Shown here one piece after another: positions 33,852 to 43,952 of a stretch of 64,000 nt of DNA. The DNA is from Acutalibacteraceae bacterium (GTDB lineage: Bacteria; Bacillota; Clostridia; Oscillospirales; Acutalibacteraceae). A program made the translations under genes and the position numbers. Position 1 is the first letter of the stretch; each line of letters begins with the position of its first letter. The stretch covers positions 29,776-93,775 of the forward strand of contig JBGVFJ010000065.1 of NCBI GenBank assembly GCA_045121005.1. Direction: 5' to 3'. The notes under the pieces were generated by a model, which did no database searches, was not told where the DNA came from, and saw only the letters and a program-made list of their open reading frames with translations.

Positions 33852-36055
33852 TATTCTTCACCCTCACACAAAAAGTGTTTAAGCGCGGAATAACGCCTTG
33901 TTCGGGTGTTGTTATTGACCATTTCTTCAATCTGAGCCTCACTGCCCACCATAATCATCAGCTTTTTGGCTCGGGTTACGGCGGTATAAAGCAAATTGCG
34001 GTAGCAAAGCTGAGGCACAACACCCATCACGGGGATAACTACCGCCGGGAATTCGTTGCCCTGGCTTTTGTGCACAGTCATAGCATAAGCGTGTTCAAGC
34101 TCACCGAGGCTTTCAAGGCTGTAGACCGCCTCTTTGTCATCATACCACACAGCAAGGCAGGCATTGACCTTGTCAATTTTTCTGATAATGCCGATGTCAC
34201 CGTTAAAAATTCCCGTACCTTCCTCGGCATCCTTTGTCCAGATAATGTTATAGTTATTTTTAATCTGCATCACCTTGTCTCCCTCACGGAAAATGCGGGA
34301 CCCTGAGGTGATTTCATTTTTATTTTTATCGGCAGGATTGATTAAATTCTGCAGAATTTTGTTGAGATTAACTGAGCCCGTTTCACCCTTGCGGGATGGG
34401 CAAAGCACCTGAATGTCATTGAGAGATGAAAAGCCGTAAGCCTTGGGCAGACGATTGACACACAAATCCGCAACCGTTCCGGCGGTTTCATAAGCAGAAG
34501 CGCGCTTCATAAAGAAAAAGTCGTTGTCTTTATCGTACAATTCAGGCATCTGACCCGACACGATTTTGTGAGCGTTGGTGATAATTCGGCTTTCCATCGC
34601 CTGACGGAAAACCTCCTTGAGAGCAACCACGGGCATAACGCCTGAGTCAATCAGATCGTGAAGAACATTGCCTGCACCAACGGCGGGAAGCTGGTCGGAG
34701 TCACCAACCATAATCAGCCTGCAGCCCAAGGGAAGCGCATCAAGAAGCGAAGCAAAAAGAGAAATATCCACCATTGAAAGCTCGTCCACAATAACCGCAC
34801 CTGCAGAAATGGAGTTTCGGGCATTGCGGGCAAAATAAGGTCTGTCGTGCTTGTCCCACTCCACCTCAAGAAGGCGGTGGATTGTTTTGGCTTCCTTGCC
34901 CGTGATTTCACTCATACGCTTGGCGGCTCTGCCTGTGGGGGCAGCAAGAGCAACATCAACACCGTCCATTTCAAACAGCTTCAGAATGCCGTTGAGGGTA
35001 GTGGTTTTGCCTGTGCCGGGACCGCCGGTGAGAATGAGCATACCCTTGTTCACAGCGGTCATAATAGCCTGACGCTGCTTTTCCTCATAGGAGATGTTCT
35101 CCTGCTTTTCTATTTTCTGAATATCCGCCTCAACCGTTGGTCTGCCCGCAGGGGGGAATTTGTTCATTATTGAAATCCGCCTTGCGGCAAGCTTTTCGGC
35201 AGCATATATATGGGGTAAAAACAAAAACTCCTTGCCGTCGATTGTTTCACTCATAAGCTTTCCGCTTTCAAGAAGTGAATCAACGGCAATATCAATTGTG
35301 TCTTCATTTGTTTCAAGAAGCCCTGAGCTGGGGGCAAGAAGCTTTGCCCTGGGCACGCAGGTGTGACCGTTGTTGAGATTGTGGCGCACAACGTGAACAA
35401 TGCCTGCGGCAATTCTGAAATCATTGTCCGGAGGCTGAGGCAAAGAAGCGGCAATAGCATCCGCACGTTCAAAACCGATGCCTATCCCCTCGCCGCAGAG
35501 AATATAGGGATTAACACAAATCAAGTCAACTGCATTTGCGCCGAAAATCCTGAAAGCTTCAAGACATTCGTTGGGAGTCATACCGAAGCGTTCAAGGCTG
35601 ATCATAACCTGCCTTACAGCAAACTGTTCATTGAAAATTTTCGATATATCCTGTGCCTTTTTAAGGGAAATTCCTTTTATTTCAGCAAGCCGTTCCGGCT
35701 GATTTTCAAGCACATCAAAGGCTGAATCGCCGAAACGGTCAATAATTTTGCGCGCTGTTGCAGGGCCGATACCCTTGACGGCGCCTGCGCTGAGATAACG
35801 GAGCAAATCAGCCGAGGTTGACGGCATACTCCGCTCACATAACTTTGCTTTGAACTGCCTGCCAAAGGTGGAATGATAACTCCACTCGCCGCGAAGGCGC
35901 AGACTTTCACCCTCAGTTACCTCGGGCAGAACACCCACAACGGTGAAATATTCTTCATCTGTGTAAAAATCAATAACGGTAAAACCGTTTTCTTCGTTGC
36001 GGTATGTAATTTCATCAACAACGCCGCTGATTTCTACAAGTTGTTCGTCCATCAT
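33851..36055 (-). CDS. recD2: RecD2-like SF1B ATP-dependent DNA helicase
   Basis: ATG at 36055 (the track ORF extends to 36079). GGPGTGKTT Walker A, ...IVDELSMVD..., ...VGDSDQLP..., ...MTVHKSQGNEF...YTAVTRAKK. Confidence 0.88.
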   Translation of the reverse strand: MMDEQLVEISGVVDEITYRNEENGFTVIDFYTDEEYFTVVGVLPEVTEGESLRLRGEWSYHSTFGRQFKAKLCERSMPSTSADLLRYLSAGAVKGIGPATARKIIDRFGDSAFDVLENQPERLAEIKGISLKKAQDISKIFNEQFAVRQVMISLERFGMTPNECLEAFRIFGANAVDLICVNPYILCGEGIGIGFERADAIAASLPQPPDNDFRIAAGIVHVVRHNLNNGHTCVPRAKLLAPSSGLLETNEDTIDIAVDSLLESGKLMSETIDGKEFLFLPHIYAAEKLAARRISIMNKFPPAGRPTVEADIQKIEKQENISYEEKQRQAIMTAVNKGMLILTGGPGTGKTTTLNGILKLFEMDGVDVALAAPTGRAAKRMSEITGKEAKTIHRLLEVEWDKHDRPYFARNARNSISAGAVIVDELSMVDISLFASLLDALPLGCRLIMVGDSDQLPAVGAGNVLHDLIDSGVMPVVALKEVFRQAMESRIITNAHKIVSGQMPELYDKDNDFFFMKRASAYETAGTVADLCVNRLPKAYGFSSLNDIQVLCPSRKGETGSVNLNKILQNLINPADKNKNEITSGSRIFREGDKVMQIKNNYNIIWTKDAEEGTGIFNGDIGIIRKIDKVNACLAVWYDDKEAVYSLESLGELEHAYAMTVHKSQGNEFPAVVIPVMGVVPQLCYRNLLYTAVTRAKKLMIMVGSEAQIEEMVNNNTRTRRYSALKHFLCEGEE

Positions 36056-36399
36056 TTTTCCTTTCCGATAATCGTGCAAAGCAAATCATCGGGAGCGCAA
36101 AGCTCCATATTATCAAAATCATTCATTATGTTTTTACACAAGGTTTTCTGCTTTTGGGTCATACCGTTGTCAACAATCACAATTCTGTTTTGGCGGCAAT
36201 CCCCTGTTAATGCAAAGCGGAGATGAAGGCTGTATAGCAAAGCGCTCACATCGTCATCACCCATACCCGAAGAAATTACCACAACGCAGTGGGACAGGGT
36301 ATCAATTTTAAAAATCCGTAAAATTATAAAGCACGAAGTTGCAACCACTCCGATAAAAATGAAAGCAGCCGCTATTCCGTACCATAAACCTTCAAGCAT
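36052..36399 (-). CDS. Hypothetical small membrane protein
   Basis: 115 aa with one N-terminal TM helix, RBS GAGGTGA, and its stop overlapping the recD2 start. No family recognised. Confidence 0.5.
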   Translation of the reverse strand: MLEGLWYGIAAAFIFIGVVATSCFIILRIFKIDTLSHCVVVISSGMGDDDVSALLYSLHLRFALTGDCRQNRIVIVDNGMTQKQKTLCKNIMNDFDNMELCAPDDLLCTIIGKEK

Positions 36400-36439
36400 A
36401 TTATCACCTCGTTATATTATATGCACAAGGTGATTAAAT

Positions 36440-36780
36440 GTGTGGGCAGGTCTGTAAGCCGTGTTCTGTCATTTAAGGCAATTATCTGTCTTGGCCTTGC
36501 GTTGCCACAAGGCTCACGCCACCCGTTGAAACGCGCCGAGCAAGCGATAGTTTCGGTCGGTGTTGCTTCGGATAGGGTTTACAGGGTCTGCGCGGTTCCC
36601 CGCCGACCGGTGAGCTCTTACCTCGCCTTTCCACCCTTACCTCACAGGGCGGTTGCCCCATGTGGCGGTATATCTCTGTTGCACTGTCCCTAAGGTTACC
36701 CTCGGCGGCCGTTAGCCGTTATCCTGCTCTGTGAAGCACGGACTTTCCTCACACCTGAATAGGTGCGCAACTGCCCAACC
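36440..36780 (-). ncRNA. rnpB: RNase P RNA, bacterial type A
   Basis: The minus strand contains GAGGAAAGTCCG (+ strand CGGACTTTCCTC at about 36739-36750) and GGTAAGGGTGGAAAGGCGAGGTAAGAGCTCACCGG. P1 is TGGGCAG (36771-36777) with CTGCCCA (36443-36449). Ends are approximate. Confidence 0.9.
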
Positions 36781-36794
36781 TACCCACGATATAT

Positions 36795-36823
36795 ATTTTA
36801 GTTTAAAACGCAAAAACTGTCAA
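36795..36823 (-). promoter_or_regulatory. Sigma-A promoter of rnpB
   Basis: On the minus strand: TTGACA (36818-36823), a 17-nt spacer, then TAAAAT (36795-36800). Confidence 0.6.
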
Positions 36824-37148
36824 CCGTTTGGGGAAAAATAAAGAGAGAAGTTTTACGCCGACCACTCGTAAGGAAGTTTTTGTTTCTCGTTGAAAATCCC
36901 CTGTATTTTTGCCAAAAGCCTCGCAAGGCGACAGCCTTGCTGTGTTTTATGGCTTCAATACAGGAAAATTTCTCATCTTACGAAACTGCGAAACACTTTA
37001 AAATATGAATTTTGGATACAAGAAAAGGCAAACCCACCCGATAATGCTGGCGCATATCGGGTGGGTTTAACGAATTATTGTGCTAAAAGTTCATATTTTA
37101 AAGAAAAACTGCCTTATGAGCGGGCGACGTAAGCTTCTCTCTTGGCTT

Positions 37149-38000
37149 TTATTCCCATCTGAGCTCGGCTATTGAAACAGATCCCTTATTGGGATTAGGT
37201 TTATCAAGCCAACCGCAGGTTGTGATATAAAACTTTCCGTTTTCCTGCAAAATTTCAGGTGCGTGAGCCTGCAAAACAGTAACGGGCTGTGCGCCCTCAC
37301 AATTACCGTTATAAACACCAAAGCTCAGTGGATTTTCTGAACAGAATACAAGGGTATCGTTATAAGTTTCATCAGAACAGTCGGTATAAGTTACAAACAG
37401 ATAGTAAAGTCCGTCTTTTTTAATAACAAAAGGAGATTCCATTGCACCCCAGCCGGGATTTATCGGTGCATCTTCACCGGAAGTGAGCGCAAAGCCTTCA
37501 AAATTCCACTCCAATAAATCCTCGGAAGAAAAGCAGGAAATTGCACCCTTTTTGTTATGAATTCCTGAAACATACATCAGATATCGGTTATCATCAGTTT
37601 TCAACACAAAATGGTCTCTGTGCGCAGCCATAAGCGGTTCATTGTTCAACACCACCTTGTGGCCAAACCACTCATTCATATCAAAAGAAACTGCAAGAGA
37701 TGTTGGTGAAGGCCCGTAAAACATATAATAATTTTCGTCCTTTTCAATTACACAAGGGGCCCAGGCAAGCGTACCTTTGTCGATCACACGCCCGACTTCT
37801 TCAAAAGAATTACTCAAATTCTCGCCTTTACCGTGAACAAAATACCGTTCTTCATAGGAATGACCGTTCATACTTGTTATACCGTATAAATGCCATTTGC
37901 CGTCAGAACCTTTTACTATGGTGTGATCATTGACATAATTACCGTTTGTCTGCGGTTTAAAAAGGACTTTCCAATCTCCGTAAATGTATGGAATCTTCAT
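37149..38000 (-). CDS. Five-bladed beta-propeller glycoside-hydrolase-like protein (GH43/GH32-clan-like)
   Basis: 283 aa, no signal peptide. WAPCVIEKD, RDHFVLK and ESPFVIKKDGLYYLFVTY resemble the blade motifs of GH43-like enzymes. Family assignment is tentative. A minus-strand terminator hairpin lies at 37031-37067. Confidence 0.5.
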   Translation of the reverse strand: MKIPYIYGDWKVLFKPQTNGNYVNDHTIVKGSDGKWHLYGITSMNGHSYEERYFVHGKGENLSNSFEEVGRVIDKGTLAWAPCVIEKDENYYMFYGPSPTSLAVSFDMNEWFGHKVVLNNEPLMAAHRDHFVLKTDDNRYLMYVSGIHNKKGAISCFSSEDLLEWNFEGFALTSGEDAPINPGWGAMESPFVIKKDGLYYLFVTYTDCSDETYNDTLVFCSENPLSFGVYNGNCEGAQPVTVLQAHAPEILQENGKFYITTCGWLDKPNPNKGSVSIAELRWE

Positions 38001-38074
38001 TTTATCCTCCGTTTGTGCCGTTTTACCAACGGTTTTTCGACATATTTGCAGCCACTACAGTTTTATCTTTCTTT

Positions 38075-38250
38075 TCGGTAGGGAACAACCCGTGTGTTGT
38101 TCCGTTAAGCAGTAAGAGTGAGTCACAGTTTCCCACCCAAAAAGACAATCCCTCAGGGTCTTCGACCCAGCTCCCTTTACACAAGGGAGCCTGAGAGGTG
38201 CGTCGAAAATCGCCGCACCCTACAACAGCAGGAGCAAGTCCCCTGCCCTA
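38075..38250. repeat. GC-rich multi-hairpin intergenic element (REP-like or structured RNA)
   Basis: Consecutive stems GGAACAAC/GTTGTTCC (38082-38103), GCTCCCTT/AAGGGAGC (38170-38190) and GGTGCG/CGCACC (38197-38219), flanked by GTAGGG...CCCTAC words like the element at 28651. Confidence 0.5.
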
Positions 38251-38255
38251 CTTGG

Positions 38256-38681
38256 CTAATCAATCTTTTCAACTTTTACTATTGTATCTGTCTGTTCTTC
38301 ATAATAAATCCTGTATCTAGCGTTCTTTTCAAAATCAGCATTATAGACTTTCTTTTTAGAAATAACATCAAGATAAAACAGAGGTTTAATTTCTTCTCCG
38401 TTTGAAAAGCAATATTCCATTCTTAATAAGTACGGGCTTTCACGATGCTCTTCCACAAACGAACCTTCATAAACAGAAATTTCTGCATTACTAATGTTAT
38501 AAGCGTAATATCCAAGTGTACAAACACACAAAATGCAACTAACTATGCCTATAATCAAATCCTTTTTATTTTTCTTTTGTGAATTCCAGAAACGACTGCA
38601 TATCAAGAATATCAGACCAACTACGCCGAAAGCTGAACCGGTAACAATCATCTGATAGTATAAGCCACTTAAATCGTACAT
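38256..38681 (-). CDS. Hypothetical membrane protein (two TM helices + soluble C-terminal domain)
   Basis: 141 aa; hydrophobic segments GSAFGVVGLIFLICS and LIIGIVSCILCVCTLGYYAY. Confidence 0.5.
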   Translation of the reverse strand: MYDLSGLYYQMIVTGSAFGVVGLIFLICSRFWNSQKKNKKDLIIGIVSCILCVCTLGYYAYNISNAEISVYEGSFVEEHRESPYLLRMEYCFSNGEEIKPLFYLDVISKKKVYNADFEKNARYRIYYEEQTDTIVKVEKID

Positions 38682-38697
38682 TTCACCCTCCCGAGGC

Positions 38698-39792
38698 TTA
38701 CCATCTGTTTTCTACATATTCGCAGAAGGTGAAAAGGTCTTTGATTTCCAGCTTTGTACCGTCGTCGAGAGTGACATCGCCGTGCCAGTTGCCGAAAATC
38801 TGGTGGCAGTTCATTCTGCCGATTTTGAAGTCAACATCGGAATGGTTATCAAGAGTGGGGGTCATTGTCATATTGAAGCGTCCGTCCTCAGAAATGAACT
38901 TCCATTCCTCAAGGAATCTGTCTTTGGGGAATTTTTCAACGTCAACGGCACCGATTTTGTGCACCTTGCCGTCGTAAAAAATGCAGGTTTCGGTGGCATT
39001 GCTTTCATTACCGATTGCCCAGGTGATTTCAAAACCAAAGAGGTGCTCTTTGCCGTTTTCGTCGGTTATGTACTGATTGCCGCTGCCCCAATACCATACC
39101 ATTTTGTGAACGGTGTTTACTCTGCCCCAGTCCATTGTGCAGAAGCCTGCGGGCTTTGAAAATTCATAGGTATAGTCACCCCAAACAAACTTACCCTCAC
39201 AGGGCATACACATCTGCTTGGTGGTCATAAAGTATTTTGTGGGGTCTTCATCAAAGGGGAAAACCGTGGTGATGTTTTCAAGCCCCTCGGGAATATCCAT
39301 CTGAACGGTAACTTCAACAGGCTTACCCTTGTATGAGCCTTTATACCAAAGAGTTCTTTCATTTTCTTTGGTGTTAAAATCAAACTCGGTTTTGCCGATT
39401 TTATCTTTATATCTGTTGGGAACATCGCCCTTTGCAGGGGGAACATGCTTGTTGGCACCGAGGAAATAAGCGATTGAATCCACCACTACCTCCCCTGTTT
39501 TGAGGTTGACAAGCTTTGCGCCCACGTAGCCGCCCATATTGATATTTGCGAAGCTGACAAGAATTTGAAATTCACCGTCGCAGATGTTATAAAAATCCCA
39601 TTCCTTGCGGCTCATTATGCCTGTCTTGACATAATCGCGGTTATAGGTGAAAACATTTTTTCTTGCCCAACCCTTGGCAAGGAGTGTGCCGTCGGGAGCA
39701 AGCAATGGTGTTTCTTCTGTGTATTCAAACTGCTTTGATTTTTCCTTCCAATCCTTAAAAGGAACATAGGTACGGGGAAGCTCTCTGCTCAT
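38698..39792 (-). CDS. DUF2804-like protein
   Basis: 364 aa. RKEWDFYNI..., ...DWGRVNTVHKMVWYWGSG... resemble DUF2804 as I recall it. Unverified. Confidence 0.45.
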   Translation of the reverse strand: MSRELPRTYVPFKDWKEKSKQFEYTEETPLLAPDGTLLAKGWARKNVFTYNRDYVKTGIMSRKEWDFYNICDGEFQILVSFANINMGGYVGAKLVNLKTGEVVVDSIAYFLGANKHVPPAKGDVPNRYKDKIGKTEFDFNTKENERTLWYKGSYKGKPVEVTVQMDIPEGLENITTVFPFDEDPTKYFMTTKQMCMPCEGKFVWGDYTYEFSKPAGFCTMDWGRVNTVHKMVWYWGSGNQYITDENGKEHLFGFEITWAIGNESNATETCIFYDGKVHKIGAVDVEKFPKDRFLEEWKFISEDGRFNMTMTPTLDNHSDVDFKIGRMNCHQIFGNWHGDVTLDDGTKLEIKDLFTFCEYVENRW

Positions 39793-39847
39793 AAAATTAC
39801 CTCCAAAAAATAAAAGTGGTACAAGCTGATTGTACCACTAAATTCTT

Positions 39848-40528
39848 TTATTGACAATAGTTTTGCCGTTTTTTCATTTTGCGCCAGTTCAAAAAGCCGT
39901 AAATATCATTAACAAAGAACACAGCAAAGCAGATTATAACAGAAAGGTAGCTGATATCCTCCAGCGTTGCCATTATCCACAAAACAATGAGAACAAGGTC
40001 ATTGAGAGCATAAGCAAGAGCAAAATACTGGCTGCGCCTGAAGGTGAGATATGCCGCAGCAAAGCTTGTGGTGACGGACAAGGTGCTGGCGATGAGATTT
40101 GCCGTGCCGAAATATCTGAGCGCAAAATAAAACACAACCGTCACAACGGCTGTCAGAAGAAGCATGAACGGCACTTCCTTTTTGGTGACGGTGTTTATCT
40201 CCACCTCAGACTTTTTGCCTTTATACGGATTTCTGAGCCACGACACAAGGGAGAACGCTGACATCGGCAAGGTCATACCCATATAGGTTGCGACCTCACC
40301 GTAATAAGCAAAGGTAAAGGATATGTAGCCATAAATGAGGCTGAAGATTATCATCAGCACATTGCCTATCGGATTACCCTTGGCAAAGAAAATAAGCGAT
40401 GTTACACCTATGAGTGATGCAGCAAGAGTGAGATAGCTTGACCTGTCAAAGGCAAAAAAGGATGCAATAATAATCACCATTGAAGAAGCCCACAGAGCAA
40501 TGTCTTTTTTTGAAAAGTAGTTGAGCAT
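39848..40528 (-). CDS. pnuC: Nicotinamide riboside/mononucleotide transporter PnuC family
   Basis: 226 aa with about 7 TM helices. ...FFAKGNPIGNVLMIIFSLIYGYISF...SWLRNPYKG... is typical PnuC. Confidence 0.8.
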   Translation of the reverse strand: MLNYFSKKDIALWASSMVIIIASFFAFDRSSYLTLAASLIGVTSLIFFAKGNPIGNVLMIIFSLIYGYISFTFAYYGEVATYMGMTLPMSAFSLVSWLRNPYKGKKSEVEINTVTKKEVPFMLLLTAVVTVVFYFALRYFGTANLIASTLSVTTSFAAAYLTFRRSQYFALAYALNDLVLIVLWIMATLEDISYLSVIICFAVFFVNDIYGFLNWRKMKKRQNYCQ

Positions 40529-40529
40529 A

Positions 40530-41726
40530 TTATTCTTCTACAATGACAGGTGTTGTCTGCTCTCTGCCGCAAGGAAGGATTACGGGAGTAGCCAGAGAAT
40601 AAACGTCGGTGCACATTCCTTCAAGGGAATAAACCTCCTTGGCTCTGTCATCAAGTTCGTCCACATCGGAAGCCTTGGTGATGATGGGAAGTGTTGCGGT
40701 TTCTTTGGCTTTTTTGAGAATTTCCTTGCCCTTTTCATTCATTGCAAGAACCTTGATATACGGAGGCAAGCCCTCACTCTGCTCCTTGGTGAAGCCAAGG
40801 AAGGAGGCAAGCACGATTCTTCTGATTCGTGCGTGGGAATAGCGTCTTGTTTTGGCAAGGGAGAAAAGCTCTTCAAGGCTTTTTGCTTTGAGGGCGGCGT
40901 CGTGAATTCTGTTTTCTATGCCTTCACTCACATCGGGAGATTCGGCAATATCCTCTACTCTGAGCTGACGCATGCAGCAAAGGATACTGAACTCAAGCTT
41001 TGAGTAAGGGGTAGGGCCCGTCTGAGCCTCAACCTCCTGCTTGAAGATTTCGACCACATTCTGGGGAACATATCTGTACCAGGCATCACCCTCAAGCATC
41101 ATATTGCGGATATCTGATGCGCTTGCGAAGTTTTCGCTTCTCATAATGCTGTCGTGAGCCACACCCTTGCGGGCAACGGTTACCATTTCGGCTCTCGGCT
41201 CTGACTCGTTGTTTGCTATAATATATTCAATACCGAGGGTGTTGTTGGGCTCGTTGAGAATTGAAAAGAAATCGTCACCGTGATATGTTCTCACGGCCTC
41301 AGCCCTTGCGCCGGCATAGCTCATACCGATTTCAAGATTTTTCTTCATTCTTTCAATTACAAAGGGATCACTGATGGCCTCTGCGGTTTCGGTGAGCTTT
41401 TCGATATCTCCGCATTCACTGCCGAAGCTGATTGCATCAACACAGCCCAGACCCTTGAGCACGCCAACAGCACCCTGAGCGAAGCTCTGAGCCCTTGCAA
41501 TGCTCCACAAGGTGGGAAGTTCAACCACAAGGTCAACCCCGTTTTCAAGGGCAGCCTTTGCTCTTGCCCACTTGGAAAGAATTGCGGTTTCACCTCGCTG
41601 AACGAAGTTGCCGCTCATTACGGCAACAACTGCATCGGCACCTGTTACTTCCTTGGTTTTTTCAATGTGATATTTATGCCCGTTATGAAAGGGATTATAT
41701 TCTGCAACAATTCCTGCTATTTTCAT
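40530..41726 (-). CDS. tmcAL: tRNA(Met) cytidine acetate ligase (TmcAL / YlbM, UPF0348 nucleotidyltransferase)
   Basis: ATG at 41726 after GGAGG. MKIAGIVAEYNPFHNGHKYHI...VAVMSGNFVQRGE. Confidence 0.85.
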   Translation of the reverse strand: MKIAGIVAEYNPFHNGHKYHIEKTKEVTGADAVVAVMSGNFVQRGETAILSKWARAKAALENGVDLVVELPTLWSIARAQSFAQGAVGVLKGLGCVDAISFGSECGDIEKLTETAEAISDPFVIERMKKNLEIGMSYAGARAEAVRTYHGDDFFSILNEPNNTLGIEYIIANNESEPRAEMVTVARKGVAHDSIMRSENFASASDIRNMMLEGDAWYRYVPQNVVEIFKQEVEAQTGPTPYSKLEFSILCCMRQLRVEDIAESPDVSEGIENRIHDAALKAKSLEELFSLAKTRRYSHARIRRIVLASFLGFTKEQSEGLPPYIKVLAMNEKGKEILKKAKETATLPIITKASDVDELDDRAKEVYSLEGMCTDVYSLATPVILPCGREQTTPVIVEE

Positions 41727-41839
41727 TTTTACCTCCAAAAAGTTCAAAAACCTATTGAAAAATATATTCTATGAATATATAATATAACAGTTAGGGACAA
41801 TATACAAGTCAAATTTGATTATTTTTAGGAGGAATTGTA

Positions 41840-43045
41840 ATGAAAATTCTTGTTATTAATGCAGGCAGCTCTTCTCTTAAATATCAGCTTATTGATATGG
41901 AGAACGAAACCGTACTTGCAAAAGGTAACTGCGAGCAGATTGGTCTCAAGAGCACATTCACTCACAAGGTTCCCGCTGATGAAAGCAAAAACATCAAAAG
42001 CCTTCCTTGTGAAATGCCCGACCACGCTTCAGCTATTCAGATTGTTATCAACGCTCTCACAAGCGAAGAAAACGGCGTAATCGCATCTATGGATGAAATC
42101 GATGCAGTTGGTCACCGCGTTGTTCACGGCGCTGAATATTTCAGCACTTCTGTTCTTGTTAATGAAGAGGTTGAAAAAGCTATTGAAGCTTGCTTCGAAT
42201 GGGGTCCCCTTCACAACCCCGCAAACCTCACAGGTATCAAGGCTTGCCAGGCAATTATGAAAGACGTTCCTCAGGTTGCAGTGTTTGACACAGGCTTCCA
42301 CCAGACAATGCCCGATTATGCATATATGTATGCTCTCCCCTATGAATATTACGAAAACTACGGTATCCGCCGTTACGGCTTCCACGGCACATCACACCGT
42401 TTTGTAAGCGCAAAGGCAACAGAGCTTCTCGGCAACCCCGAGCACAGCAAGGTTGTTACCTGCCACCTCGGCAACGGCTCATCAATTTCTGCTGTTGTTG
42501 ACGGCAAGTGCTTTGACACAACAATGGGTGTTACTCCCCTTGAAGGCATCATGATGGGCACACGCTGCGGTTCAATCGACCCCGCTATTGTTCCCATTAT
42601 CATGAAAAAAGAAGGCCTCACAGCTGACCAGATGGACGCTGTTATGAACAAAAAATCCGGTATGCTCGGCGTTTGCGGCACAAGCGACAACAGAGAAATT
42701 GAAGCAAGAGCAAAAGACGGCGACGAAAGAGCAAAGCTTGTTGAATCAATGCTCTGCCACCAGCTCACAAAATACATCGGCGGCTATGCTGCTGCTATGG
42801 GCGGCCTTGACGCTGTTGTTTTCACAGGCGGTATCGGTGAAAACAATCCTCAGTACAGAGACCGTGTTTGCGACAAGCTTGCATTTATGGGCGTTAAGAT
42901 TAACTATGATGTTAACAACGAGCTCAAGAGAGGCAAGGAAGGCGAAATTTCAACACCCGACTCAGCAGTCAAGGTTTTCGTTGTTTGCACAGACGAGGAG
43001 CTTATGATTGCAAGAGACACAAAAGCTATTGTTGAAGCTCTTTAA
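41840..43045 (+). CDS. ackA: Acetate kinase
   Basis: MKILVINAGSSSLKYQL...GHRVVHGG-like...HLGNGSS...FTGGIGEN. A terminator lies at 43068-43096. Confidence 0.97.
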   Translation: MKILVINAGSSSLKYQLIDMENETVLAKGNCEQIGLKSTFTHKVPADESKNIKSLPCEMPDHASAIQIVINALTSEENGVIASMDEIDAVGHRVVHGAEYFSTSVLVNEEVEKAIEACFEWGPLHNPANLTGIKACQAIMKDVPQVAVFDTGFHQTMPDYAYMYALPYEYYENYGIRRYGFHGTSHRFVSAKATELLGNPEHSKVVTCHLGNGSSISAVVDGKCFDTTMGVTPLEGIMMGTRCGSIDPAIVPIIMKKEGLTADQMDAVMNKKSGMLGVCGTSDNREIEARAKDGDERAKLVESMLCHQLTKYIGGYAAAMGGLDAVVFTGGIGENNPQYRDRVCDKLAFMGVKINYDVNNELKRGKEGEISTPDSAVKVFVVCTDEELMIARDTKAIVEAL

Positions 43046-43172
43046 TTCCTGAATGAAATAATAACCAGAGGACGGAAAAAATCCGTCCTCTTTTTTCGAC
43101 AATTTTGGGGATTCGTCTGTTGACCCACGAACTTTTAAGTGGTAAAATATCAAACATAGGTGGTGTTTTAAA

Positions 43173-43907
43173 ATGAAAAAAATTATCAGCATTATTTTAA
43201 CCGTGTTGCTTCTGGCAGCTCCATTCACAATGAACATTTCTGCCGAGGAAGCAACCACAAAAACAGAAGCTTTAATCAAACAGATTGAAGAAACACAGAC
43301 AGTCAACATCAAGGTAAGCGACAGCGTTGTTGCAAACGATTTTGTTAAAATCACCGATTTTAATGTAATGTTTAAAATCAAGGATACTGACAATGTGCTT
43401 TCAGACCTCAAGTTTGCCGCAACAGCAAAGGTAGCAGGCCTTAAGGCAAGAGCAATTTTCGGTGAAGAAAACCTTGTGTATGCTCCCGGACTTCGTTGCT
43501 ATGTTGACCTCAACGAGTTTATGGAAATTGAAACCTTTGACTTTAAGCTCATTGCAACAGGTCTTGACGTGCTTCTGGGCTATCTTTCAAGCAAAACCTT
43601 TGAAGCACTTCCTCTCACTTCTGCTGAAATGAGAAATGTTAACGGCTACGGTGAGGTATATGTTGAGCGCTTCGGAGGAGTTTCTGAATTTTATTACGAC
43701 GGTGATTTGCTCGTAGGCTTCAGATTCCTTGACCTCGACAATGACAATTCTATTGTTACGGTTGATATAAAGGATATTCTTCCCACATTCATTGAGGGTA
43801 TCTCTTCAGGTGTTGACAGTTCCCTTTTTGAAAAGCCCACAGGATTCTATATCAACCTCACTCCCATTATCAAGTTCCTTTACGACATTTCAATGAGCCT
43901 CAGATAA
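43173..43907 (+). CDS. Hypothetical secreted protein
   Basis: Signal peptide MKKIISIILTVLLLAAPFTMNISAEE. No family recognised. A bidirectional terminator lies at about 43917-43947. Confidence 0.55.
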   Translation: MKKIISIILTVLLLAAPFTMNISAEEATTKTEALIKQIEETQTVNIKVSDSVVANDFVKITDFNVMFKIKDTDNVLSDLKFAATAKVAGLKARAIFGEENLVYAPGLRCYVDLNEFMEIETFDFKLIATGLDVLLGYLSSKTFEALPLTSAEMRNVNGYGEVYVERFGGVSEFYYDGDLLVGFRFLDLDNDNSIVTVDIKDILPTFIEGISSGVDSSLFEKPTGFYINLTPIIKFLYDISMSLR

Positions 43908-43952
43908 GAAAAAAACAAGCGAAGAGATTGCAACAATCTCTTCGCTTTAATT

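Noticed and set aside
36421-36693. 90-aa + strand ORF
   Set aside because: It lies entirely within the RNase P RNA gene on the opposite strand, so the GC-rich structured RNA explains the open frame.
36890-38405. Short + strand ORFs (36890-37132, 37988-38194, 38118-38405) in intergenic hairpin regions
   Set aside because: They overlap terminator or REP-like hairpins or the 5' end of minus-strand genes. They have no RBS and no motifs.
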